A DNA stretch of 64,000 nucleotides from Candidatus Latescibacterota bacterium (GTDB lineage: Bacteria > Latescibacterota > UBA2968 > GCA-2709665). Within the stretch, counting starts at the first letter, position 1. Every line of letters begins with the position of its first letter. Where the stretch lies: positions 960,001 to 1,024,000 of the forward strand of contig OZ220733.1 of NCBI GenBank assembly GCA_965116875.1, read 5' to 3'. This document shows positions 1 to 9,708 of this stretch, one piece after another. The notes beneath the pieces are model-generated. The model did not search any database. It saw only the letters and a program-made list of their open reading frames with translations, and was not told the DNA's origin. A program made the position numbers and the translations under genes.

Positions 1-22
1 CTACCCTCAGCTGGACGTACAG

Positions 23-1840
23 TTACTGGCTCTGGCTGGATGCAAGAGTATGTAAATCTGAATATACCCGTTCCCGATCCAAGCCAAGTGCCTTATAGAG
101 ACGCTCAATAGTGTGAATCTCCTGCGGCTCTATCGCTCCGTCTGCGCCCGCTGTGGATACTGCCAACTGACTCAGTGCGCTGCGAGCACTCTCGGTCGCT
201 TTGCGCAATCGGGAACGCAACATGCTGATATTAGGGGGGACAGCCATCAACCACGAGAAGTTTGCATGCAGCCTCGCCCGTTCGGCTTCGGTCACAGATT
301 GGTTGGCGTCGATCTGCGCGGCAATGTGCACTTGCTCCGCGCCTTCGACTCGGCCGTCAGCCTGCGCGACCAGCGTTGCGAACGAGAGGCTGAGGATCGC
401 ACTTAGATACCCTTCGCTTGGACGTTCGATCATAACGGAGTCTTCTGGTAGCCGGAATAGAACTACCGGCTCGCCCAATTGGATCTTACGCAGTGCGAAA
501 CGCGGATCCGGTGCCATGCCGACACCTAGTCTTGCAAGCGCATCTGCGACGCCGATCTGTTGGCGTCTGCCGATCATGTCGGGAGGGGCACCCTCCAGAC
601 GTTCGATGAGATCCTCTACGGATACCAAACCACCCGATTCTATCTGTTGTGTCACCCATTCCTGCAGTTGTTCCTTCTCAGGACAGGGAAACAGCGGCCA
701 GAGAACTTCAGGTAGAAGCGCGTGTGCCTCGATCGTACCCTTGCCGTCCGGTTTTCGTCCCAAGTAGCGGCTATATTTGTCCAATCCGTCCGCGGCTCTG
801 TCAGAGATCTCCTGCGCGACGCGGAGTGGTGCTGATAGCCTCGATACGTCAGGCACATTACCGAGCTCTTTCGTCAGATCCGCAGAAAAATTGCCCGACG
901 AAGCGTGGTATACGAGCCTAAAGTGTTTCTTTGGGACTCGAATCTTCAAGCCTTGTGGATTGTCTTGGTCAAATAGGTGTCGAAATAAGGCTCTATACTC
1001 CGAGAACGCGCGCTTGGCTGGGGTTCGCAACCGGGTCTCGGGAGTGCATACATACCATGATAGTAGCCAATCCGATGTGAGGGGCGAACCGCTCATTGCC
1101 ATACGGCCGAGTGCAAGCCGTAAGTTTGTTGGAAGCTCGTAACCGAGATTCTCGAAGACAGGGTCGGTTTCTCCGCTTGAGTTTAAAAGGCCAACTGCAT
1201 CGATAAATGAACTGAAGTAGCGGCGAATCGAGTGGTTTTCACCGAATAGTTCAAGCAGCCTACGCACCTCAGCAACGATCTCGGATCGTTCTTCGGAATC
1301 GGCCTCGTCCACAAAGACACGTCGCTCAAGTCCGTAAAAGTAGAGAAAGACGTACCCGACATCGTATCGTGTATCGGAGCGGCCGGACGAAAGCCAATCG
1401 AGATAAGTTGCACGTGATCGTGCTTCGATTGTTGAATAACTTGGCCAGTAATGCAAGCCGTAGCCTTCATAATCGCCGCCGCGCAAAGTAACCTTCATTC
1501 TTGGGTCGATAAAGGCGTTGTCCGGCTGTCCAGATGGATCCGTACGAGGTCCACGGCCGATATATACCATACCGCCAATCTCTCGACCGGCAACGCGGGC
1601 ATTCCCGTCGCGCGGAATCCATCCGGTAGTTGCACGGTGGCTGGGCTCCGGTTGGGGCTTCCAAGTGGCATGCGTATCCACGTTAGATGCACGACTTCCT
1701 AACGATCGGGACGGAACGCGACGCTTCTTCTGATTGCTTCTTCGCCTCGTGTCCTGCCGTGAATCGACATTTGACATGGTGCGAAAAATGACTAGCATGG
1801 CCACCAACAGCACGGCACAAAACAACAAGAATTCGAACAT
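23..1840 (-). CDS. TerB N-terminal/TerB domain protein (Shango SngA-like); probably frameshifted near the 3' end, with the TerB-C part continuing beyond the window edge
   Basis: N-terminal TM helix; TerB_N motif YWPSYSTIEARSRATYLDWLSSGR...GYVFLYFYGLERR; TerB-like VAQADGRVEGAE and AGADGAIEPQE. An alternative frame at 32->1 reads EPVTVRPAEG, a plausible linker towards TerB_C. Confidence 0.8.
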   Translation of the reverse strand: MFEFLLFCAVLLVAMLVIFRTMSNVDSRQDTRRRSNQKKRRVPSRSLGSRASNVDTHATWKPQPEPSHRATTGWIPRDGNARVAGREIGGMVYIGRGPRTDPSGQPDNAFIDPRMKVTLRGGDYEGYGLHYWPSYSTIEARSRATYLDWLSSGRSDTRYDVGYVFLYFYGLERRVFVDEADSEERSEIVAEVRRLLELFGENHSIRRYFSSFIDAVGLLNSSGETDPVFENLGYELPTNLRLALGRMAMSGSPLTSDWLLSWYVCTPETRLRTPAKRAFSEYRALFRHLFDQDNPQGLKIRVPKKHFRLVYHASSGNFSADLTKELGNVPDVSRLSAPLRVAQEISDRAADGLDKYSRYLGRKPDGKGTIEAHALLPEVLWPLFPCPEKEQLQEWVTQQIESGGLVSVEDLIERLEGAPPDMIGRRQQIGVADALARLGVGMAPDPRFALRKIQLGEPVVLFRLPEDSVMIERPSEGYLSAILSLSFATLVAQADGRVEGAEQVHIAAQIDANQSVTEAERARLHANFSWLMAVPPNISMLRSRLRKATESARSALSQLAVSTAGADGAIEPQEIHTIERLYKALGLDRERVYSDLHTLASSQSQ

Positions 1841-2159
1841 CGCAAAGACCCTTCGTTCCTTTTCTGAAATGCCAGATCTGCTATCGGTATTGGAATAATA
1901 TCAACGCCGTTCAACAGAATCAGCCCGACCACCATATTACCGCCGGACCATACGAGACGGAAAAAGACCATTTACGCGAGAACTTGCGGCGGCAATGCCT
2001 CAAACTACGTTCAATTAAGTACAGGTAGGGGCCACACCGTGAATAAGATAGCACCGGGTGATCGGCTGCACAAGCAGTTAAGGGCACTCATCGAAAATCT
2101 CGAAGCCGCGGTCAGTAGCGTCTTATTGTAAGACTTTAACGCGAAGTACGTGCGTGTTT

Positions 2160-2282
2160 AATCACTCTTTTCGCATTCGGTAAGGCGCTGAAATCCCCCC
2201 ACCGCATCAGCCGTCGCCGGCCCTTCGACAGGCTCAGGGGACGGCTCGGCTTCTGCGACTCCCCCTCAAGGGGGGAGTGATT
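2160..2282. repeat. MITE/REP-like palindromic element with a nested CCCTTCGACAGGCTCAGGG unit
   Basis: Terminal inverted repeat AATCACTC...GAGTGATT; internal hairpins CTCCCCCTCAAGGGGGGAG and AGCCGTC...GACGGCT. Confidence 0.6.
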
Positions 2283-2402
2283 GGTCCATCAAACGAACGC
2301 GTGCGTTCACTGATAATTATTGCGTTACTGCTGATTGTCACGAAGCCGCGCTAAGCTGAAGGGGTCGGTCTCACGCAATATCGCGGCAGGTCGAATCTGA
2401 TC

Positions 2403-2466
2403 TTGACGTTTTCGCGAGATTTGTATATATTGTCGTCAAATTACTGCGAAAAATGACGACAATATA
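2403..2466 (+). promoter_or_regulatory. Sigma70-type promoter with an overlapping 13-bp perfect inverted repeat (operator)
   Basis: TTGACG-N17-TATATT; TATATTGTCGTCA (2426-2438) / TGACGACAATATA (2454-2466), just upstream of ATG 2472. Confidence 0.65.
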
Positions 2467-2471
2467 GTCAG

Positions 2472-3623
2472 ATGACAATCCCACGCATATTTGACGCCCC
2501 TCGAAAAAGCTTCTTTCTGCTGGGACCTCGCGGCGTCGGCAAAAGCACCTATCTGCGATTGGCGTATCCGGATGCACACATCGTCAATCTGCTCGCCGAG
2601 GATACGTACCAACGCCTGCTTGCGAATCCGGGTCTCCTCGCCGCGGAACTGCGGGCCGTTTCGGATGACCGGTGGGTGGTCCTGGACGAAATACAAAGAC
2701 TGCCGGCACTGCTTAATGAAGTGCACCGTTTCATCGAAGAACGGCGGATGCGCTTTGTGTTGTGCGGATCCAGCGCAAGAAAACTCAAACGCGCAGGTGT
2801 CAACCTCCTTGCCGGCCGCGCCCTGAATCGCGCGATGCATCCCTTTACTCCCGAGGAGTTGGGAGAACAGTTCGTACTCCACGAGGCACTACAACACGGA
2901 CTTCTGCCCATCGTATGGGATTCGGAGGACAGGGCAGAGACACTGGTTGCCTACGCGCAGATGTATCTCAAGGAGGAGATACAGGCTGAGGCGCTTGTGC
3001 GCAACCTGCCTGGATTCGCGCGCTTTCTCCCCGTTGTGGCGCTCTTTCACGGCCAGACCATTAACGCGACCAACATCGCAAGGGAAGCGCAGGTTGCGCG
3101 CACCACGGTAACGGGATATCTGGAGATCCTGGAAGAAACGCTCCTGGGTTTTCAACTTCCCGCGTACGAGACGCGATTGCGGGTCCGCGAACGCAAATTG
3201 CCCAAATGGTATTGGTGCGACCCCGGTCTTGTCCGGGCGATGAAAAAAGTAACGACGCCCCCCGCACCGGAGGAACGAGGCGCTCTATTCGAGGGCCTGA
3301 TTGCCCAGTTGATCCGGGCGTACACGGACTACCGTGATCTGTGCGACGGATTCTACTATTGGTCGACCGCCGCGCAGACACGATCCGAGGTCGATTTCCT
3401 GCTCAATCGCGCCGGTGAATTCGTGGCAGTCGAAGTCAAATCCGGCGGGACGTTTGCGGAATCCTGGTGCAAGGGACTGAGGGCTCTGGCCCAACTCCCG
3501 GGTCTTTGCCGCCGGCTTGTGATCTATCCCGAAGGACCCGAATTACGTACCGCGGACGGTATTGAAATCCTTCCGTTTTCGCAATTCTCCAACCTGTTGG
3601 CCGCCGATGCGCTGTGGCCGTGA
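2472..3623 (+). CDS. AAA+ ATPase (AAA_14) with C-terminal DUF4143 / PD-(D/E)xK-like domain
   Basis: Walker A GPRGVGKS, Walker B VVLDEIQ, CGSSARKL, LAGRA, C-terminal EVDFLL...AVEVKS. Confidence 0.9.
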   Translation: MTIPRIFDAPRKSFFLLGPRGVGKSTYLRLAYPDAHIVNLLAEDTYQRLLANPGLLAAELRAVSDDRWVVLDEIQRLPALLNEVHRFIEERRMRFVLCGSSARKLKRAGVNLLAGRALNRAMHPFTPEELGEQFVLHEALQHGLLPIVWDSEDRAETLVAYAQMYLKEEIQAEALVRNLPGFARFLPVVALFHGQTINATNIAREAQVARTTVTGYLEILEETLLGFQLPAYETRLRVRERKLPKWYWCDPGLVRAMKKVTTPPAPEERGALFEGLIAQLIRAYTDYRDLCDGFYYWSTAAQTRSEVDFLLNRAGEFVAVEVKSGGTFAESWCKGLRALAQLPGLCRRLVIYPEGPELRTADGIEILPFSQFSNLLAADALWP

Positions 3624-3635
3624 GGGTATGCTAAG

Positions 3636-3896
3636 ATGAGTGCGTACAGAAGCTTCAGGGACTATCACATTGAGCAGTTGCGCGATCCGGAGGACGCGAA
3701 GGTATATCTAACCGTTGCGCTTGACGACTATGAAAAAAATGGGGACAGCGAAGCGTTCTTGCTGGCGGTCAGAGACGTTGCGGAGGCGCAAGGCGGTATG
3801 TCCAGGTTAGCTGAGCGGGTCGGCCTGACTCGTGAGGGACTTTACAAGGGCCTTTTCAAAAATGGGAATCCGCATCTCAAATCGATGGGCGAATAG
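3636..3896 (+). pseudogene. Addiction-module antidote (HI1420-like HTH antitoxin), C-terminally truncated
   Basis: YLTVALDD...FLLAVRDVAEAQGGMSRLAERVGLTREGLYK...GNP motif; stops shortly after GNP; no cognate toxin upstream. Confidence 0.7.
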
Positions 3897-4269
3897 GCGG
3901 AACTGATAGGACCAGCTCGCACTCCTCATGTAGCCTGCCCAACCCACATGGTTACCAATCGCGAAGCAACCCGTTGACTTTGTCTAGTGATTTGGGATTT
4001 TGGGATAATTAAGACTTCAAACAGTGCTTTTTCACATGGGTCGCCTTGGAAATAATCACCGATCCCGGTAAATACTACATTATTATCCTTCCGCTTGGCG
4101 AATTGGCTTAAGAGTTTCTCATTCATTTTCTATTCCTCGACACTGCTGTCCAAGAACCGCGGGATTCCTGGAGATGAGATTCTAAAAGTGGATTCCTTTG
4201 GCGATTATGGACGGCTTTGACCCCGACAACGAAAACCAGGTTGCGATGGGTTCGCGTCTGTCGCAGGGC

Positions 4270-4552
4270 TTCTCATTCTGAACGGAGTCGAAGCATATTT
4301 CGCCGCTTCCGTATCGCGCTGGAGGCGGACGTGCTGCCTCCCGGGTATTGAAACATGCAAATCGCACGGGAATGATGCGATGCTGCAGTAGATCCTTCGT
4401 CGGCCTGGCACCCCATCGGGATGACCGTGCGAAGAACAAGTGACGGAAGCGTTTCGCCTATGTCGTGCGCAGGCCTCCTCTGGATGACAGCGGGAAGCAT
4501 CGTGCTCGGCTATCAGCCAGCATGTCATTCAGAGCGGAGCGAAGAATCTCCC
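4270..4552. repeat. Cluster of REP-like GTCATTC/GATGACA family repeats
   Basis: TGTCATTCAGAGCGGAGCGAAGAATCT near 4523, a degenerate CTCATTCTGAACGGAGTCGAAGCAT near 4272, and AGATCCTTCGTCGG...CCTCCTCTGGATGACA at about 4390-4489. Confidence 0.5.
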
Positions 4553-4834
4553 GTCTTCTCGCTCTTACGTGTAGCATATGGCTTTTGAAGACGAACCTGT
4601 GCGCGGACGCTTTGCCAGACTTTCCGCCTCATCTGCACAACATTAGGCCGAAAGTGAGAAGGGTACATTTCGCCAATGGTTGTGGGCGAATTTTCAATCC
4701 GTATATTTCGTGCACTTTCGCATCTTTCGTAGGTAACCACACCCGTTTTTGGACAGGTGTGATTCCTCAAGAAATATCAATATGCGAATTGGTGGCGTTG
4801 AGATGCCGCCCGTCAGCCTCATTTTAAGATAGCC

Positions 4835-6208
4835 ATGAAAAAAGGAATGACGAATCAAGAACACGTCAAATGGCTTAGGGAAGGCGTTGAAGCATGGAAC
4901 AAGAGACGCGAGACAAGGAGGTTTATACCTCTCCTCTCCGGTGCTAATCTAAGAAGGGCTAACCTGAGCGGCGGCGATCTCGCAGGTGCCTACATGGGCG
5001 GCGCTGATCTGTTTGGCGCCGATTTGAGCGATGCGCACCTCACATTTGTCGATTTAAGCGATACTATCCTCGTGTCCGCCAATCTTAAAGGCGCCAATCT
5101 CGCATCTGCAGACCTGAGTGGTGCAAACCTCATTAATGCGAATCTGAGTCGTGCAAACTTGTGTGGCGCCGATCTGAGCGGTGCTTTGCTAACACAAACA
5201 AAGCCTTGGAACGCTAAACTATATGTCGCTGCCAAAAATAGCGGGACAATTCAAGGTACAACAGATGCAGCTCAGGAAGACAAGAGGAAGAGAATCGAGA
5301 GTATAGAGAGTCTGTTACACGAATGCCGTGATCTGCGAGACAGGTACAGAGACGATATCTTATTCTATTTTCGGGGAGATAGCCGCACGTCAAGGGAATT
5401 GAGGCCCTCCGTAATGCGGCATTCTCCAGCAGGCGACTTCCCTCTTCGTGCATACGAGGGAGAGTTGCTACTTGATCTCATGTCGCGTCAACCAGAGGCG
5501 TTCGGTAGTTTGACGCTGGCAATTGACCAATGGGTGCTTGCACAGCATCACGGACTCAAGACACGACTTCTCGACATTACGCGAAACCCACTCGTTGCTC
5601 TGTTTAATGTCTGCAAAAAGCATGACATACAAGGTGGCTCTGACAGGGAAGATGGTTGCTTGCATGTCTTTGCGGTACCACGAGACCTGGTGAAACCGTT
5701 CAATAGCGATACGATCAGCATTATTGCTAATTTTTCTAAACTTAGGCTAAGCGAGCAGACTCACCTATTGGGTAAAGAGCGTTCCTCTCATGACCCGCAA
5801 GATAAATCCGTGTTTACCAGATATGACCGCGTCTTGAGTCGCCTCTATGATTTTATACGGCATGAGAAACCGTCGTTCCAGGAGAAAATTGACCCCAAAG
5901 ACTTGTTCCGCGTCTTTGTGGTTGAGCCACAACGGTCATTCGAGCGACTTCGAGTACAGTCTGGGGCTTTTCTCATATCGGGCTTTCACGAAAGATTTGA
6001 GCGCGATGAAATCCTGAAATGGAACTCCGAGATACCAGTTTACGACCACTATACGCTGACGGTGTCGGGAGAGAGGAAGGAATACATCATGGATGAATTG
6101 CGCCTGTTGAATATCACTCACGAGAGTCTCTTTCCCGGCCTTGATGAGGCTGCCAAAGCGGTCATGCAACGCTATTCCACTGAGAGGTCGACGAACAGTG
6201 AAGATTGA
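4835..6208 (+). CDS. Pentapeptide-repeat / FRG-domain fusion protein
   Basis: N-terminal GVEAWNKRR followed by A(D/N)LxG pentapeptide repeats; FRG motifs FYFRGDS...LRPSV...[31 protein letters not shown] and [13 protein letters not shown]. Confidence 0.85.
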   Translation: MKKGMTNQEHVKWLREGVEAWNKRRETRRFIPLLSGANLRRANLSGGDLAGAYMGGADLFGADLSDAHLTFVDLSDTILVSANLKGANLASADLSGANLINANLSRANLCGADLSGALLTQTKPWNAKLYVAAKNSGTIQGTTDAAQEDKRKRIESIESLLHECRDLRDRYRDDILFYFRGDSRTSRELRPSVMRHSPAGDFPLRAYEGELLLDLMSRQPEAFGSLTLAIDQWVLAQHHGLKTRLLDITRNPLVALFNVCKKHDIQGGSDREDGCLHVFAVPRDLVKPFNSDTISIIANFSKLRLSEQTHLLGKERSSHDPQDKSVFTRYDRVLSRLYDFIRHEKPSFQEKIDPKDLFRVFVVEPQRSFERLRVQSGAFLISGFHERFERDEILKWNSEIPVYDHYTLTVSGERKEYIMDELRLLNITHESLFPGLDEAAKAVMQRYSTERSTNSED

Positions 6209-6397
6209 TCGGTCGTTTTGGATCCGCGCTACTCTGCCTCTGCGACAATGCCGGCAAAGGCTTGTATAACTTTGGGAAATTTCGCACGAAAAACGGGACG
6301 AGGTATCCATTCCGTCTTTACTTCAAATTGGGTGACAGCAATGCCTATGGTGCTTAACTGACATCGGCTTCGTGTGAGCGTCCGCTACCATCTCCAC

Positions 6398-6437
6398 AAC
6401 AAAAGGCACCTGCTTTTCGCAGGTGCCTGTTTTTGTT
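6398..6437 (-). terminator. Intrinsic (possibly bidirectional) terminator downstream of tRNA-Leu
   Basis: AACAAAAGGCACCTGC-TTTTC-GCAGGTGCCTGTTTTTGTT hairpin with A/T tails. Confidence 0.75.
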
Positions 6438-6438
6438 C

Positions 6439-6525
<87 letters not shown>

Positions 6526-6547
6526 GCTGTTGAATCAAGGATTGAGA

Positions 6548-6576
6548 AATATCCCCATCGGCGTACAAACTGTCAA
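6548..6576 (-). promoter_or_regulatory. Sigma70-type promoter for tRNA-Leu
   Basis: TTGACA-N17-GATATT on the minus strand. Confidence 0.5.
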
Positions 6577-6624
6577 GAGGAAACAGGCGTTCGCGCCCGT
6601 TCAAAGGGGTTTTTCAGTCCGCCG

Positions 6625-6735
6625 GACCGCGTTCATCGAACTCGTCGAAATGCGTGTCACCGATACGCTTAGCCGACCCTTCGACCCTTCGACGGGCTCA
6701 GAGACCGCAAGCTCAGGGTGCGGCTCAGGTTACAC
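6625..6735. repeat. Nested CCCTTCGAC...GCTCAG REP-like repeats
   Basis: CCCTTCGACCCTTCGACGGGCTCAGAGACCGCAAGCTCAGGGTGCGGCTCAGG; same family as the units near 2221 and 56935. Confidence 0.55.
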
Positions 6736-6815
6736 GCGCATCATCGCGAATGCTGACAGCCTGGATAAGGAGCGTACGTGCCGCCCGTCAGGTCCCGCCG
6801 GGATCCAGTCTGCCT

Positions 6816-7199
6816 TCAGCCATCGAATGCAAGACTCATTGTATGCAGATTGATGATGGCCTTGGATTCTGTAAGGAAATCCATGCCCAAAATCCCATTG
6901 ATTTCAAAGCCGTAATCCATGCCTCCTATTTCAAGTTCGAAATTAGTCAACTCCTTCTGTCCAACCTGCAAACAATCAACCCGTCGCCTGAATACAATCT
7001 CATGTCCACCCACACCGCGAATTGCGACTATCCGGTCATCCGGCAATGGAAATATACCGATGGAATCAACCAAATCGGCGGATATTACCGTGCTGGCTGA
7101 TCCAGTATCGACTAGGACTTGAGGGATCTCAATAGTTGATCCCCGATAGTCAATAGAAACCGATGTAAAAGGCAGATCATACCGGCGTATCAGTTGCAT
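6816..7199 (-). CDS. Retropepsin-like (clan AA) aspartic protease
   Basis: VLVDTGSASTVI catalytic motif, flap IRGVGG, C-terminal GILGMDFL. Confidence 0.88.
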   Translation of the reverse strand: MQLIRRYDLPFTSVSIDYRGSTIEIPQVLVDTGSASTVISADLVDSIGIFPLPDDRIVAIRGVGGHEIVFRRRVDCLQVGQKELTNFELEIGGMDYGFEINGILGMDFLTESKAIINLHTMSLAFDG

Positions 7200-7458
7200 A
7201 CAGCGCACGAATGCCCGACGATTGTCTTACTTGAATATCAAGTGAATCACGACTGGTATGGAGATAATAATATTCCCGTTCGGGATATTGATGGTGAAGG
7301 GTCTGATACCGTTTCATAGCAGTTTTGCCATCCGGGCACTCTTCAACCACTGTCAGACGATTCAGATGCCGCCGATAATCAGAGGTTGTATGGGCTTCTA
7401 ATGCCTCAACAATCAGCCATTTATCGGGATGGTCTCTGCATATCTCAGGCCAGCGCAT
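7177..7458 (-). CDS. Small hypothetical protein coupled to the aspartic protease
   Basis: MRWPEICRDHPDKWLIVEALEAH...; RBS GAGGA before ATG 7458; overlaps the protease start. Confidence 0.7.
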   Translation of the reverse strand: MRWPEICRDHPDKWLIVEALEAHTTSDYRRHLNRLTVVEECPDGKTAMKRYQTLHHQYPEREYYYLHTSRDSLDIQVRQSSGIRALYATDTPV

Positions 7459-7544
7459 ACAACCTATTCCTCTACGGATAGCGTTGTTTGAATTTTGCCT
7501 GACATTCAAGCGGTCTGAATCTTAACAGCCCCTTGAAAAAGGCC

Positions 7545-7635
7545 CATCCGGGCTGCCTGCCTGTGCGTACGTGCACAGACAGGCACTGCAAGCAGGCCGG
7601 GCACGGCAGACGGGGCTTCCTCAGGATGACAGGCC
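7545..7635. repeat. Nested palindromic REP-like element
   Basis: CCTGCCTGTGCGTACGTGCACAGACAGG hairpin nested within a longer imperfect palindrome, followed by CTCAGGATGACA. Confidence 0.45.
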
Positions 7636-7670
7636 GGACGCACGTGCTAACTGGTCCTAGCGAATTTGTC

Positions 7671-8285
7671 CTACAGCCGCCGGTCCGCCGCGGGCGGCCC
7701 CAGAATTTCATTGTAGACGATCGCCTTGCGGACCGTTTTCGGTTTGAAGTCGAGCGCCATTCGCCGGCGGCGGGTTCTGCGGCGAGGCGCCACGACCAGC
7801 GGCTGGACGTCCAGCAAGCCGTGCAGCTCGACTTCCGGCGCGGATTCAGTCGCTTCGCTGCCTGTCACACCGCCGGGTTGCTCGTCCTCCGGCGGGTCGA
7901 AACCGGCCGGCCGATACTCATCTCCCGTGTAGGTTTCACTCACCGGGCGGGCGCCCCTCACTTCCCGAAACTCTCTCCCGCCCGCAGGTTCATTGACGGG
8001 GCGGGCGCCTCGGATTTCCTGAAACTCCGGTCCCGTGGGCGCCTCGCTCACCCGCCGCGTGCCCCGAACCTCCTGGAACTCCCCGCCCATCGGCGCCGGT
8101 CGGGTCGGCGCCGGTTCGGGAAAGACGTCATCCTCCGATGGATCGACGTCCGGAATGCCCATCGGGGGCATGTCGAGATCCTCGTCCTCAAGATCCCGGC
8201 GCCGCCGGCCTTCGAGCATCTTGTTGATCAGCGAGGAGATCACGCTCAACACGATAAACAGGATGACAACGAGTTCGAAGTTCAT
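7671..8285 (-). CDS. Membrane-anchored hypothetical protein (YqfB-like position) with three 18-aa repeats
   Basis: N-terminal TM helix, acidic linker, GxEFxExRGxRxVxE x3, C-terminal RKAIVYNEILGPP motif typical of genes downstream of floA. Confidence 0.75.
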   Translation of the reverse strand: MNFELVVILFIVLSVISSLINKMLEGRRRRDLEDEDLDMPPMGIPDVDPSEDDVFPEPAPTRPAPMGGEFQEVRGTRRVSEAPTGPEFQEIRGARPVNEPAGGREFREVRGARPVSETYTGDEYRPAGFDPPEDEQPGGVTGSEATESAPEVELHGLLDVQPLVVAPRRRTRRRRMALDFKPKTVRKAIVYNEILGPPAADRRL

Positions 8286-8288
8286 GAT

Positions 8289-9287
8289 CTACGCGTCTCC
8301 CCGGTCCCTATCTTCTTCGGGACCGTCCTCGGTATCGGCGATTCCCTCGCGCATCGAGGTATCGGCCTGGATATTCTGCATCCGGTAATAATCCATCACG
8401 CCCAGATTGCCGCTACGGAACGCCTCGGCCATCGCCCGCGGGACCTCGGCCTCCGCCTCCACGACGCGGGCGCGCATCTCCACGACCCGCGCGCTCATCT
8501 CCTGCTCGTGGGCCACGGCCATCGCCCGCCGTTCTTCCGCCTTTGCCCGGGCGATTTTCAGATCGGCCTCCGCCTGGTCCGTCTGGAGTTTCGCCCCAAT
8601 ATTGTCTCCCACGTCCACGTCGGCAATGTCGATCGACAGAATTTCATACGCCGTACCCGAATCCAGCCCTTTCCCGAGCACGGTCTTCGAAATCAGATCC
8701 GGATTCTCCAGTACCGCCTTGTGTGTTTCGGAGGAGCCGATTGTGGTCACGATTCCCTCGCCGACGCGTGCGACGATCGTTTCCTCTCCGGCCCCGCCCA
8801 CCAGCCGATCGATATTGGCGCGCACCGTCACGCGCGACGTGGCCTTGACCTGAATGCCGTCTTTCGCCACGGCTGTGACCATCGGGGTGGAGATTACCTT
8901 TGGGTTGACGCTGACCTGCACGGCCTCCAGCACGTTACGACCGGCAAGGTCGATGGCCGCGGCCCGTTCCGTGGTGAGATTGATCCCGGCTTTATCAGCC
9001 GCGATAAGGGCCGTTACCACGTTTTCCACGTGTCCTCCCGCCAGGAAATGCGCTTCCAGAAAGGAGGTCGGGATCGCCAGCCCGGCCTTCGTGGCGCTGA
9101 TCTGCGACCCGAGGATAATTCGCGGCGGAACGCGCCGCAGGCGCATCCCGACCAGTTCGCCGATTCCGATTCTGACGCGGGCCGCAAGGGCCGAGATCCA
9201 GAGCCCGACCGGGATGAAATAAAAGAAAAGGAACAGTGCAACGACTACAGCGACAACAATCACGAGAAGGAAAACTGCATCGACCAT
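8289..9287 (-). CDS. floA: Flotillin-like protein FloA (YqfA)
   Basis: [71 protein letters not shown]. Confidence 0.95.
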   Translation of the reverse strand: MVDAVFLLVIVVAVVVALFLFFYFIPVGLWISALAARVRIGIGELVGMRLRRVPPRIILGSQISATKAGLAIPTSFLEAHFLAGGHVENVVTALIAADKAGINLTTERAAAIDLAGRNVLEAVQVSVNPKVISTPMVTAVAKDGIQVKATSRVTVRANIDRLVGGAGEETIVARVGEGIVTTIGSSETHKAVLENPDLISKTVLGKGLDSGTAYEILSIDIADVDVGDNIGAKLQTDQAEADLKIARAKAEERRAMAVAHEQEMSARVVEMRARVVEAEAEVPRAMAEAFRSGNLGVMDYYRMQNIQADTSMREGIADTEDGPEEDRDRGDA

Positions 9288-9336
9288 GTTACGGCTCCTT
9301 GTATCTTCAAACGATCGGACTCAACCGGGGAGGATT

Positions 9337-9645
9337 CTAGTGGGTGTCCCCGGTTTTACGTACCACAACCCGGTTACCCTCAACCTCTACGACCTTGATC
9401 GGGCAATCCCTTTCGATAAACTCGCCATCGGCGGCCACGTTGACCCGGCGCCCGTCGATCAGACCCATCCCGGAGGGGCGCAGAGGCGTAGAGGCCACCC
9501 CCTCTTTTCCCAACAGCGCTTCGTGTTCTCCGGTTGCGATGTATCCTGCTTCGGCCTTTTCCTCGGCGTGGAGGACGAGCCATCTCCACAACCCAACCGC
9601 AATTGCGACGACAAGGACGACGAAAACCAGGATTGCTTCGACCAT
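9337..9645 (-). CDS. Short NfeD-type protein (one TM helix plus OB-fold), chimeric duplicate
   Basis: TM helix followed by LLGKEGVASTPLRPSGMGLIDGRRVNVAADGEFIE..VVEVEGNRVVVR, near-identical to the NfeD C-terminus; RBS GGAG. Confidence 0.8.
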   Translation of the reverse strand: MVEAILVFVVLVVAIAVGLWRWLVLHAEEKAEAGYIATGEHEALLGKEGVASTPLRPSGMGLIDGRRVNVAADGEFIERDCPIKVVEVEGNRVVVRKTGDTH

Positions 9646-9708
9646 ACCGCGGCTCCGGTCCATCTTCGGCAAATCCGGCCGAACGTCCTCAACCCTTATT
9701 GACCTGGC

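Noticed and set aside
3926-4126. 66-aa AT-rich ORF
   Set aside because: Has an RBS-like GAGG but no recognisable motif; probably a gene remnant, so not called as a feature.
4835-5230. Qnr-type quinolone resistance gene
   Set aside because: The repeats are generic, short and fused to an FRG domain.
7533-9398. 621-aa plus-strand ORF
   Set aside because: Antisense shadow of floA and its neighbours; no motifs; typical of high-GC sequence.
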